From contig CAVPCT010000005.1 of the NCBI GenBank assembly GCA_963702475.1, forward strand, positions 832,001-896,000: DNA of 64,000 nt, in the 5' to 3' direction. This DNA is from an uncultured Thermoleophilia bacterium. GTDB lineage: Bacteria; Actinomycetota; Thermoleophilia; UBA2241. The notes beneath the pieces are model-generated. The model saw only the letters and a program-made list of their open reading frames with translations. It was not told the DNA's origin and did no database searches. The position numbers and the translations under genes were made by a program. Below, in pieces: positions 1-8,830 of this stretch (positions are counted from its first letter, which is position 1; each line of letters starts with the position of its first letter).

Positions 1-1047
1 GCCCATGGCGAACAGCATGCGCACCGAGCTCAGCCAGAAGCCCAGCACCGAGGTGGTGATGGGGAACAGGGCCGCGCCGATGCCGAAGATCCACAACCAG
101 GCGGCCCAGAAGCCGCTGGTGCCGATCTCCTTGACCGCGAACAGCGAGGCAAACGGCTGGCCGGTGCCGTCACCGGTCAGCTCGCCCCACGACGCCATGC
201 CGGAGAGCGAGAAGTAGTACAGCATGTAGAGCAGGCCGCAGGTGATGATGGAGCCCAAGATGGCCTGGTTCTGCTTCTTGATGGGGAAGTCGCCCTCCTC
301 CACCATGTTGGGCACGATCTCGAAGCCGAAGTACGGCGTGACGAGCAGCGCGACGCCGATGACCGCCGCCGGGATACCCAGGTGCGTGGCGAGGCCGGAC
401 TGGATGAAGGGGTCGAAGTTGTCCCAGCTCCAGGCGTCGCTCGTGATCCAGAAGATGCTCCCGAGGATGCAGACGGAGAAGCCGAACAGCAGCATGAAGG
501 TCTGCACCTGGCCGGAGATCGTGATGTTCTGCAGGCTGAGGAGCGTGTAGAGCGCCAGGACGATGCAGCTGATGAGAGCGATCCAGCCGACCGACAGGTT
601 CAGCTCGAACATGTAGTCGATCCAGGAGATGATGCCGAGCACGCCGGCCGGCGGCACCGCCAGCCAGGCGGCGAGGATGAGCCACGTGGACCAGAAGCCC
701 GCGTGCTTGTTCAGCCCCACGGTGCCATACACCAGCTCGACGCCGGCGGTCGGGCACATGGTGGCCCACTCCGCGTACATGAAGCCGATGGGCAGCACGG
801 CGATCATCATGAGGCCGAAGCCGATGAAGGTGAACGGCCCCGTCGTGGTGAGGAAGAAGCCGTCCCAGTACGCCATGAAGGTGAAGATGGCGCCGGTGGC
901 GATGGCGTACACGTAGAACAGGCGCAGGGACTTCTTGAGGGTCCCGGAGCCGTGGTAGTACTTGTCCCGCATGGCCAGCTCTTCCGGGGTCTCCCCCGGC
1001 GAGGCCGGCACGTCCGCGTATTCGGACTTCGTCGGTTCGTCCGCCAT
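1..1047 (-). CDS. APC-family amino acid/polyamine permease (3' end runs off the window)
   Basis: Not in the ORF track because it is open at the window edge. Translated by hand from ATG at 1047: MADEPTKSEY...LKKSLRLFYVYAIATGAIF...YAEWATMCPTAGVELVY...PYFGFEIVPNMVEEG...SSVRMLFAMG. Multiple hydrophobic segments and APC-type motifs; GGGGGA Shine-Dalgarno-like sequence upstream. Confidence 0.9.
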   Translation of the reverse strand, partial: MADEPTKSEYADVPASPGETPEELAMRDKYYHGSGTLKKSLRLFYVYAIATGAIFTFMAYWDGFFLTTTGPFTFIGFGLMMIAVLPIGFMYAEWATMCPTAGVELVYGTVGLNKHAGFWSTWLILAAWLAVPPAGVLGIISWIDYMFELNLSVGWIALISCIVLALYTLLSLQNITISGQVQTFMLLFGFSVCILGSIFWITSDAWSWDNFDPFIQSGLATHLGIPAAVIGVALLVTPYFGFEIVPNMVEEGDFPIKKQNQAILGSIITCGLLYMLYYFSLSGMASWGELTGDGTGQPFASLFAVKEIGTSGFWAAWLWIFGIGAALFPITTSVLGFWLSSVRMLFAMG

Positions 1048-1127
1048 ACCTAGTCCCCCGTTTCTGCGTGCTTGCGATGTGCCCGGCGCCCCCGCAGGAC
1101 GCCCTCCTCACACGTCGAGTCGGGCGA

Positions 1128-2252
1128 TCAGTCTGACACCCTGACCGCGATCTCCTCGTCGTAACCCGTGGTCACACGTATGTAGCCGGTGAGCATGTCG
1201 TTGACCTCTTCGCTGCCTGTGTCCACGAGCAGCGGCCTTCCGCCCAGGGCGGCGATCTTCTGCCTGGTGGCGACGACCAGCACGTTGTCCCTGCCGACGC
1301 GCTCGATGACGCGCGGGCTGAACTGCTGGTTGCCGCGTCCGAAGATGTAGCCCTGGCCGCCGATGACGGTGACGACGATCTTCGCTGGCACGCCTCCTTT
1401 CGGGCCGAGCAGGTCGAGCAGCCGGTGCTCGGTGACGTCCTTGGCCACCAGCCGCCGGTCGCGCACCACGTCCACGCCCAGCAGCGTGCCGTCGATGCCG
1501 AGCCGCTTCTTGATGCCGAAGACTGTACTCCCCGTACCGAGCAAGTACAGGGTGTCGGCGTGCATGCGGTCCATGAGGCCGAACGCGATGGCGTCCAGGG
1601 CGTTCTCGTCGGATGCGGCGCGCCCGGCCTTACCGCCCTGCACGCGGGCCTCGTCGCGGGGCACCGTGAGATAGCCGAAGAGCTCGGCCGACACGCGCCC
1701 CTGGCGGAACGCGTCCTCGTCGATGTCCATGACCTCGGCCTGCTTGACCTTGGTGACCTTGCCCTGCAGATACAGGGCCGCGAGCTCTCCGGCGTTGCGC
1801 GGGTTGATGCCGTACACGCCGGAGTGGATCTTGCAGCCGGCCGGGACGCCCAGACACACCACGTCTGGGCCGACGGCCGCGAACACGTCGCGGGCGGTGC
1901 CGTCGCCACCCGCGAACACGATGAGGTCGACACCCGCCGCGGCCATCTCTGAGGCGGCGCGGCGGGTGTCTTCGCTCGTGGTGGTCTGACCGTCGGTCGA
2001 GAACAGCACCGTGGGCGAGAAGCCGGCCTCGCGGGCCTCGTTCTCGCCCATGTCGCCCGAGACCGTGAGGATCTCGAGGTCCTCCTTGAGTGACTCCAGT
2101 CGGCTCACGGCCAGCTCGGCGCGGCCCGGGGCCTCCGGCTCCGCGCCGAGGTCACGCGCCTGCGCCAGGATCTCTACGCCGTCGGTGCCCTTGAGACCGC
2201 AGCGGCCGCCCATGCCGGCGATGGGATTGACGATGAGACCGATCCGTTTCAC
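1128..2252 (-). CDS. ATP-NAD kinase family protein (AcoX/COG3199-like)
   Basis: N-terminal IGLIVNPIAGMGG, AGGDGTARD (GGDGT motif), GVPAGCKIHSGV, GTLLGVD, IFGRGNQQ; starts 7 nt after the gcvPB stop. Confidence 0.9.
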   Translation of the reverse strand: MKRIGLIVNPIAGMGGRCGLKGTDGVEILAQARDLGAEPEAPGRAELAVSRLESLKEDLEILTVSGDMGENEAREAGFSPTVLFSTDGQTTTSEDTRRAASEMAAAGVDLIVFAGGDGTARDVFAAVGPDVVCLGVPAGCKIHSGVYGINPRNAGELAALYLQGKVTKVKQAEVMDIDEDAFRQGRVSAELFGYLTVPRDEARVQGGKAGRAASDENALDAIAFGLMDRMHADTLYLLGTGSTVFGIKKRLGIDGTLLGVDVVRDRRLVAKDVTEHRLLDLLGPKGGVPAKIVVTVIGGQGYIFGRGNQQFSPRVIERVGRDNVLVVATRQKIAALGGRPLLVDTGSEEVNDMLTGYIRVTTGYDEEIAVRVSD

Positions 2253-2259
2253 GCGCGCG

Positions 2260-3825
2260 TCACGCCGATCCGTGCTTGCGCTGGTAGGCGCGCCAGGTGG
2301 TCGCCCACTTGGTCGGGTCGTCCAGCTCTTCTTCGGCCGAGCGCTTGTGGATGGCGCACTTGTGCGGAGCCGCCTTGACGAGCTCCGTATCCTCGCGGGC
2401 CTCCTGGGCGATGGTGCGCAGCACCTCGGAGTACTCCTCGAGGTCCTCCTTCGAGAACGTCTCGCACGGCTCGATGGTCATCGGCTCCGGCACGACCCAC
2501 GGGTGGTGGCTCGACCAGTAGTGCTGCAGGCCGAAGTCGCCGACGCGCCGCAGGATGTCGTCGGTGCCCACGCCGGTCTCGTCCGTGAGCTCCTGCCACG
2601 ACCAGCGGCACTCCTCGAGGCGGCGGTGCCCCTCGGCGTACGGGTGCGTGAGGCCGGGGATGTCTTCGCAGAGCTTCATGAAGTAGTTGTTGTTGAGGGC
2701 CGACATCTGGGCCGTCTCCTTGAGGCCGCCCGGACCCATGGTGATTGCCCACGCGTAGGCGCGCAGCACGACGCCGGCCGAGCCGAGGAAGCCCTTGATC
2801 TTGCCGATGGACTCGGGCCGGTCGAAGTCGAGGTAGAACCGGCCTGTCGCCTCGTCCTTCTCCACGGTGGGGTACGGCAGGTACTTGGCGAACTCCTCAC
2901 GGCAGCCCATGGCGCCGGTGCCGGGGCCGGAGCCGGCGTGCGGGGTGCCGAACGTCTTGTGCAGGTTGTAGTGGCACAGGTCGAAGCCGGCGTCGCGCGT
3001 GCGGGCGATGCCCATGAGCACGTTGCCGTTGGCCTGGTCGTTGAAGCACACGGCGCCGGCCGCCTTCGCGACCTTGACGAACTCCTCGATGAGCGGGTTG
3101 TAGATGCCCGTGTCCTCGGGGTTGGTGAAGAAGATGGCCGCCGTCTGCGGGCCTACGACAGCCTTCATGGCCTCGAGGTCAGGGTAGCCGTCCTCCTTGG
3201 GCATGAGGGTGACGATCTTGTAGCCCGCCGTGGCCGGCGAGGCCGCGTCGCACGGGTGCGAGAACATCGAGGTGACCACCTCGGTGCGCTGGTCGCCCTC
3301 GCCGCGGTCGCGGTGGTACGCGCGGATGATGGAGGCGGCGGTGAACACACCGTGCGCCCCGCCGCCGGGCTGGAGCGTGAAGCGGTCCATGCCCGACACG
3401 GCCTTCATGATCTGCTCGTGTTCCCAGTAGACCTCGAGGATGCCCTGCAGGGTGGAGTCGTCCTGCCAGGGGTGCACGTTGGCAAAGCGCGAGTACGCGA
3501 CCAGGTCCTCGTTGATCCGCGGGTTGTACTTCATGGTGCACGTGCCCTGGCTCATGTCTGCGGTGAGGTTGGAACCGAGGGTCTCCTGCGAGAGGTGCAG
3601 GAAGTGGGCGAGCACGTGCTTCTGGTCGACCTCGGGCAGGCCCGGAGCGTTCTTGCGGCGGATGCTCTCCGGCAGCGCAGCGGCGACGTCGCCGACCGCT
3701 TCGACGATCTCGTCCTCCGGCATGGGCGGATACATGCCGCGCGTGCCGGGGGTGGAGAGCTCGAAGATCATGGGCTCGTCCCAGCGAGCCTGATGGTAGT
3801 TCTTGCGCACCTTCACGATGGCCAT
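2260..3825 (-). CDS. gcvPB: Glycine dehydrogenase (decarboxylating) P-protein subunit 2-like
   Basis: Starts MAIVKVRKNYHQARWDEP at a TGATG overlap with gcvPA; GTCTMKYNP, TLQPGGGAHG, TNPEDTG and the PLP-lysine motif HYNLHKTFGTPH. Confidence 0.93.
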   Translation of the reverse strand: MAIVKVRKNYHQARWDEPMIFELSTPGTRGMYPPMPEDEIVEAVGDVAAALPESIRRKNAPGLPEVDQKHVLAHFLHLSQETLGSNLTADMSQGTCTMKYNPRINEDLVAYSRFANVHPWQDDSTLQGILEVYWEHEQIMKAVSGMDRFTLQPGGGAHGVFTAASIIRAYHRDRGEGDQRTEVVTSMFSHPCDAASPATAGYKIVTLMPKEDGYPDLEAMKAVVGPQTAAIFFTNPEDTGIYNPLIEEFVKVAKAAGAVCFNDQANGNVLMGIARTRDAGFDLCHYNLHKTFGTPHAGSGPGTGAMGCREEFAKYLPYPTVEKDEATGRFYLDFDRPESIGKIKGFLGSAGVVLRAYAWAITMGPGGLKETAQMSALNNNYFMKLCEDIPGLTHPYAEGHRRLEECRWSWQELTDETGVGTDDILRRVGDFGLQHYWSSHHPWVVPEPMTIEPCETFSKEDLEEYSEVLRTIAQEAREDTELVKAAPHKCAIHKRSAEEELDDPTKWATTWRAYQRKHGSA

Positions 3826-5213
3826 CAGAGGATCTCCTTCAACGCGCCGACGAGTGTGTCGAGGTCGTCCTTGCTGAGGACCTCGGTCACGCAGTAGAGG
3901 GCGCTCTGGCCGAGGGCGGGGAACCACGCTGAGAGGTCCTTGCCACCGAAGATGCCGCGCTCGAGCAATGCCGCGTTGATGTCGGCCACCGACGTGCCGG
4001 TGCCGTTGAAGTCGACCACGAGCTCCTTGAAGAACGGCGCCGAGCAGGCGGGAGCCTTGACGCCGGGCAGGGCGTCGAGCTGCTTCGCCAGGTAGGCCGA
4101 GCGCTGCAGGAGCCCCTCGCCCAGCTCTTTCATGCCCTGCGGGCCCATGAGCGAGAGATAGACACCTGCGCCGATGCCGTGCAGCTGCGCCATGGTGCCG
4201 AGGAAGTCCTTGGCCTTCTCGCGCGAGGCGTACGAGGTGCGCTCGAAGTACACCTCGCCGAAGCCGTACTCGCCCTCCACGATGGTGGGCGTGACGCCGA
4301 ACATGAGGGCGTTGAACTCGGCGAAGTAGGTGGGCGTGTCCTGGGTGGCGATGAAGCCGCCCTGGCCGCCGCCGCACTGCATGGGGATGCCGAGGCCCTG
4401 CACGTCGCCGCAAGCGATGTCGACGCCGTAGTTGGCGGGGGCCTCGAGCACGCCGAGCGACACCGGGTCCACGCCGCACGACACGACGCCGCCGGCGCCG
4501 TGCACGATGTCGGCGATGGCCGCGCCCTGATGCTCGATCACACCGAGGAACGACGGGTTCTCGTAGTAGAACACGGCGACCTTGTCGGTCATCTTGGCCT
4601 TGAGGTCGTCGAGGTCGAGCAGCCCCGTCTCGGGGTCGTGCTCCACGGTGGTGATGGTCGGGACCGTCGACCACACGTAGTTGCGCACGCACGAGAGGCG
4701 GTCGGGGCTCATGTGAGCCGAGACCAGGGCCTCGCTGCGGCCGTTGATGCGGGCGGCCATGCGGATGGTGGTGGCGGCCGCCATGCCCCAGTCGTACGTG
4801 GGCGTGTTGACGGCGTCCATCTCGAGCAGCTCGGCGAGGCAGCTGGCGTACTCGAACTGCGCCTGCCACTTGCCGTGATCGGCGAAGGCCTCACCCACGT
4901 AGGAGGTGAGGAACTCGTCGCGGCCCATGATGGTGGTGACCACCGACGGCACGTAGTGGTTGTAGACTCCGCCGCCGAGGAAGCTGATGCACTCCTTGCA
5001 GTCCTTGTTCTTGTCGAGGAGACCCTCGACGTGCCGCTTGAGCGCGGCCTCGGACTTGTACGGGCCGGGCGTCTTCAGCTCGCCCTTGAACCGCAGCTTG
5101 TCCGGGATCTCGGCGAAGATCTCCTCGGTGCTGGCGATGCCGACGTAGTCGAGCATCGCCTGTTTGACCTCAGGGACTGAGTTCGGGATGTACGGGTAGA
5201 CGTCGTCTGCCAT
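3825..5213 (-). CDS. gcvPA: Glycine dehydrogenase (decarboxylating) P-protein subunit 1-like
   Basis: MADDVYPYIPN start with GGAGG RBS; FLGGGVYNHYVP, EFLTSY, QFEY, GDVQGLGIP motifs. Confidence 0.93.
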   Translation of the reverse strand: MADDVYPYIPNSVPEVKQAMLDYVGIASTEEIFAEIPDKLRFKGELKTPGPYKSEAALKRHVEGLLDKNKDCKECISFLGGGVYNHYVPSVVTTIMGRDEFLTSYVGEAFADHGKWQAQFEYASCLAELLEMDAVNTPTYDWGMAAATTIRMAARINGRSEALVSAHMSPDRLSCVRNYVWSTVPTITTVEHDPETGLLDLDDLKAKMTDKVAVFYYENPSFLGVIEHQGAAIADIVHGAGGVVSCGVDPVSLGVLEAPANYGVDIACGDVQGLGIPMQCGGGQGGFIATQDTPTYFAEFNALMFGVTPTIVEGEYGFGEVYFERTSYASREKAKDFLGTMAQLHGIGAGVYLSLMGPQGMKELGEGLLQRSAYLAKQLDALPGVKAPACSAPFFKELVVDFNGTGTSVADINAALLERGIFGGKDLSAWFPALGQSALYCVTEVLSKDDLDTLVGALKEIL

Positions 5214-5364
5214 GGGCCCACACCTCCACTGGTCGGTCAACGCTTAGGACGAACACGACTGCTTGCGGGTGACGACCTCCTCGCTCATGCGCAGAGCGCG
5301 CCTGCAGGGGTGCCCACGCCGGGGCCGCGCCAGGGCCGGGAGCCCGGCGAGGGAAGTACTTTAC

Positions 5365-5434
5365 ACAATAAGCTGCCGAATCGGCGTTGCAAGTAGTGGC
5401 TTCTTATGGTCTTCTCCTATGGTTGACCTATGAG
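5365..5434. promoter_or_regulatory. Divergent promoter region: TTGCAA-N16-TATTGT on the minus strand (towards gcvPA) plus three CyTATG direct repeats overlapping the regulator start
   Basis: AT-rich island in GC-rich DNA; CTTATGGT (5403), CCTATGGT (5416), CCTATGAG (5427); TATGGT ends 6 nt before the ATG at 5430, suggesting a leaderless start. Confidence 0.45.
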
Positions 5435-6932
5435 TTCCGCAGCCGACATCCACGAGGCCCTGCTCACGACACTGGCCTGGAGACGGGCCCCCTCGGCGGC
5501 TCTCGCGGCCGACGGCGATGCCCTGGTGGCCGCGAATCCGGAAGGGCGCCGCCTGTCGCCCGCCGCGGTGGCCGGCGGCCGCGTCCGCTCGCGGCCGTTC
5601 GACTTCGGAGGGCTGCGTCTGCGCCTGCTCACGGAGTCACCGGCCCCAGAGCGACCCGACCGCAAGATCCCTCCCATCGTCACCGACAGGATGTTGCGGC
5701 GCATCGTGGAGGCGCACTTCGCCGTGTGGTACGCCTGGCACGTGCCCACCGGCGTGTGCGTGGTGCCGGGCATGAAGGAGCTCCTCGACATCTCCGACGA
5801 GGAGGTCCCCACCATCGTGGAGGACTGGATGGGGCGCGTGCACCCGCAGGACCTGCCGCGCATGGTGGCCGAGAACGACGAGGCCCTGCAGACCACCTCT
5901 CCCTTCCGCAGCGAGTACCGGTTCCGCCGCGGCGACGGTACGTACATCTCGATCAGCGACTGGGGGATCGTGTTGCGCGGAGACGACGGCACGGCGGAGT
6001 GGATGGCCGGAGGACTCCGCGACATCACCGTGGAGAAGTCGCTGGAACAGGCACGGGAGGAGGCGGGCCGCCTGCGGGAGGTGCTCTTCCAGCACGCGCC
6101 GGTGCCGACGTTCCTCATCGACGGCGACGGCGTGCTGGTCGACGCCAGCCAGTCCGCCCTGGACTTCCTCCAGGCGCGGCGGGACGCCGTGGTGGGGCGC
6201 CGCGCCGCGGAGATCCTGCCGCCCGACCTCGTCCGCCGCGCCAGGGAGCCGAGGCAAGCCGCGAGCGACGAAGGCGCCGCCACCGTGGAGATCGAGATCG
6301 AGGTCGCGGGAGAGCGCAAGTGGCTGCTCGCGACCGTGGTGCCCTTCGCCGCCGGCGACGGCGAGATGACGTTCGTGCTCGGCGCCAACGTCACCGAAAG
6401 AAGGCGTGCCGCCGAGGCGCTCTCCGAGTCGGAGGCCTCGCTGCGCGAGAAGACGCTCGCCCTGGAGAAGCACAACGTGGCCCTGCGCGTGCTCATAGAC
6501 CAGCGGCGCAGCGACCTCGAGGAGCGCCGCCGCGTGCTGGCCGAGAACCTCGAGCAGCTGGTCTTCCCCACGCTCGACCGCCTGGCGGGGACGTTCTCGG
6601 ACCACCCGGAGGTCGCGCTGCTCGACGTGGTCCGGCAGACCCTCAACGAGATCGCCGAGCCCCTGCTGGAGACGCCGGGAGCGGCCCGCGACCGCCCCCA
6701 GGCCTTGAGCCGGCGCGAGTACCAGATCCTCCAGCTCGTCCGCTCAGGCAGGACGTCAGAGGAGATCGCCCGGGCCCTCTACCTCTCGCCGACGACGGTG
6801 ACGTTCCATCGCGGCAACATCCGTCGCAAGCTCGGCCTCAAGGGCAGCGGCGTCCAGCTCACGCCGCGCGTGGTGGTGGATGCTCTCTCGCCGCGGCACG
6901 AAGAAGCGCCCGCGGGCACAGAGGAGACGTGA
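5430..6932 (+). CDS. PAS-domain LuxR-family transcriptional regulator
   Basis: PAS/PAC (WMGRVHPQD...EYRFRRGDGTYI...RDIT), a second PAS (...GANVTERR), coiled coil, C-terminal LuxR HTH LSRREYQILQLVRSGRTSEEIARALYLSPTTVTFHRGNIRRKLG. Confidence 0.92.
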   Translation: MSSAADIHEALLTTLAWRRAPSAALAADGDALVAANPEGRRLSPAAVAGGRVRSRPFDFGGLRLRLLTESPAPERPDRKIPPIVTDRMLRRIVEAHFAVWYAWHVPTGVCVVPGMKELLDISDEEVPTIVEDWMGRVHPQDLPRMVAENDEALQTTSPFRSEYRFRRGDGTYISISDWGIVLRGDDGTAEWMAGGLRDITVEKSLEQAREEAGRLREVLFQHAPVPTFLIDGDGVLVDASQSALDFLQARRDAVVGRRAAEILPPDLVRRAREPRQAASDEGAATVEIEIEVAGERKWLLATVVPFAAGDGEMTFVLGANVTERRRAAEALSESEASLREKTLALEKHNVALRVLIDQRRSDLEERRRVLAENLEQLVFPTLDRLAGTFSDHPEVALLDVVRQTLNEIAEPLLETPGAARDRPQALSRREYQILQLVRSGRTSEEIARALYLSPTTVTFHRGNIRRKLGLKGSGVQLTPRVVVDALSPRHEEAPAGTEET

Positions 6933-7042
6933 CGCCGCCGCGTGCGGCGCCTTGAAGCGGCGAGCGGTTGGTGCGAGGCTCGGGGCAGCAGGGCCGGGCG
7001 CCGCAGGCGCTCCCGGCCCGGTACCCCGACGGAAGGACGACG

Positions 7043-7675
7043 ATGGCCATCCTGCTCGACTCGGCGTCGCTCGACGACGCCGCGGCCGCGGCTGCGCTCG
7101 GCTTCGTGCGCGGCATCACCACGAACCCTGCGCTCATGGCCAGGGAGACGAAGCAGCCGCTCGCCCACCTCGAGCAGCTCCTGCAGGTGGTCGCCGAAGG
7201 ACCCGTGTGCTACCAGCCGACCCGGCCGGGGGCCGCCGACATGGAGCGCGAGGCTCGCGAGGCGCTCGCGCTCGACCCCGCGCGGGTCGTCGCCAAGCTT
7301 CCGGCGACCCTGGAGGCCGTCTCGCTCGCCGCGAGGCTCCACGACGAAGGCTACCGCTGCGCCCTGACGGCCGTGTACGCGCCGGCCCAGGCGCTGCTCG
7401 CGCACGAGGCCGGCTGCGCCTGGGTGATCCCCTACGTGGACCGCGCGGCGCGCCATTCGGCCGGCCACGTGGTCGAGGAGCTCGCAGCCGTGCTGGAGCG
7501 GCTCGGCAGCGAGACCCGGGTGCTCGCCGCCAGCCTCAAGACGCCCGTGCAGGTCACCGACGCCGTGCTGGACGGCGCCGACGACATCACCGCGCCGCTC
7601 GACGTGATCCGCGCGCTGCCGGCGCACCCGCTCACGGAGTCGGCGGTGCGCGAGTTCGCGGCGCACTGGGAGTGA
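7043..7675 (+). CDS. fsa: Transaldolase family protein, fructose-6-phosphate aldolase (FSA)-like
   Basis: MAILLDSA, GITTNP, Schiff-base Lys in VVAKLP, IPYVDR, VLAASLK; GGAAGGA RBS. Confidence 0.85.
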   Translation: MAILLDSASLDDAAAAAALGFVRGITTNPALMARETKQPLAHLEQLLQVVAEGPVCYQPTRPGAADMEREAREALALDPARVVAKLPATLEAVSLAARLHDEGYRCALTAVYAPAQALLAHEAGCAWVIPYVDRAARHSAGHVVEELAAVLERLGSETRVLAASLKTPVQVTDAVLDGADDITAPLDVIRALPAHPLTESAVREFAAHWE

Positions 7676-7718
7676 GATGGGCCGGGCGGGCGGCTCTTCC
7701 GGCCGCCCGCCCGGCGCC

Positions 7719-8678
7719 TCACCAGGCGGGCGCGTTGCCCGCCGTCACCTTGTGCTTGCCGGAGCCGTCGGCGTCCATTATCCAGAGGGCGTTCCAGTCC
7801 TTCGCGTAGACCACCTGCATGCCGTCCGGCGAGGAGCGGGCGAAGCCGACCGACGGCCGCCCCTGCCAGCCCCCGCCGGTCGCCAGCGTGCGGATGGCGC
7901 TCCCGTCCAGCCCCGTCCGCTTGATGATGGTCTTCGACTGCGTGGATACCGAGAGGAGCACAGACCTTCCGTCCGCGGCCCAGTCCGCGATCGAGGCGTC
8001 CGCCACGGGGATCCTCTTCGTCTGACCGCTGACGATGGTGTACACCCAGGTGCCACCGCCCTCGTCGTCCTGACCCTGCTGCGAGATGAGGATCGCCGAG
8101 CCGTCCGGGGACCACGAAAGGCTCCACGACGTCACGATGCAGTTGCCGAAGCCCCCGGTCTTCTTGAGCATGACCGACGTCCGGCCGGTGGCGATGTCGA
8201 TGACGACCAGCCTCGTCCCGACCGGGATGGCGCCCTTGGCAGAGTACACGTCGGCGAAGGCGAGCCTGGAACCGTCCGGCGAGTACGCGAGCCCCGTCAC
8301 CTGGATGAACCCGACCTTGGGGATCCTGTCCTTGTAGAGGAGTCTCGCGGCGCCCCCGGCCGCCGGCACCGTGTAGATGTACGAGACGTCGTTCGTCGAC
8401 GACCAGCGCGCGAACGCGATCGTGCTGCGGTCGGGCGACCAGACCGGCGACCACTCCTCGGCCCTGCCCCGGGTCAGCTGCACAAGACCGCTGCCGTCGG
8501 GCGAGACCTTCCACACGTGCTGGTCCCTGATGAACGCGATGGACGGCGGCGGGCTGTCGACGGCCCGCCGGGCACCCGCCGCAGGCGCCGCGACCAGCAC
8601 CAGCGCCACCAGGACGGCGGCGAGTACGGGCAGCGCGCCCCACGGGCCGCGCAGCGGCCGAGCGTGGACCAGACTCAT
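7719..8678 (-). CDS. Secreted TolB-like/PD40 beta-propeller protein
   Basis: Signal peptide (...VLVALVLVAAPAAGA), repeated WSPDR/YSPDG/WSPDG/SSPDG motifs, LWIMDADGSG, PAW C-terminus. Confidence 0.85.
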   Translation of the reverse strand: MSLVHARPLRGPWGALPVLAAVLVALVLVAAPAAGARRAVDSPPPSIAFIRDQHVWKVSPDGSGLVQLTRGRAEEWSPVWSPDRSTIAFARWSSTNDVSYIYTVPAAGGAARLLYKDRIPKVGFIQVTGLAYSPDGSRLAFADVYSAKGAIPVGTRLVVIDIATGRTSVMLKKTGGFGNCIVTSWSLSWSPDGSAILISQQGQDDEGGGTWVYTIVSGQTKRIPVADASIADWAADGRSVLLSVSTQSKTIIKRTGLDGSAIRTLATGGGWQGRPSVGFARSSPDGMQVVYAKDWNALWIMDADGSGKHKVTAGNAPAW

Positions 8679-8830
8679 CACGAGACACCCCCTCACCCGA
8701 CGCCCGGCGTCGAGGCCGGTCACCCGACAGTCTCTCACGGCCGGTCGTCGAAGAAACGGTCCACGGCCGGCACGACACCGTCTGCTTCCGCGGATGACCG
8801 GCCCGCCCGGCGACGGCGCGCGGCGACGGC

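Noticed and set aside
2260-4869. 869-aa fused ORF called by the track
   Set aside because: The N-terminal part is an alternate frame over gcvPA; true gcvPB starts at 3825.
5214-5364. Glycine riboswitch or leader peptide (MSEEVVTRKQSCSS) upstream of gcvPA
   Set aside because: Conserved glycine-aptamer motifs are not visible; the short ORF has no RBS or informative codon run.
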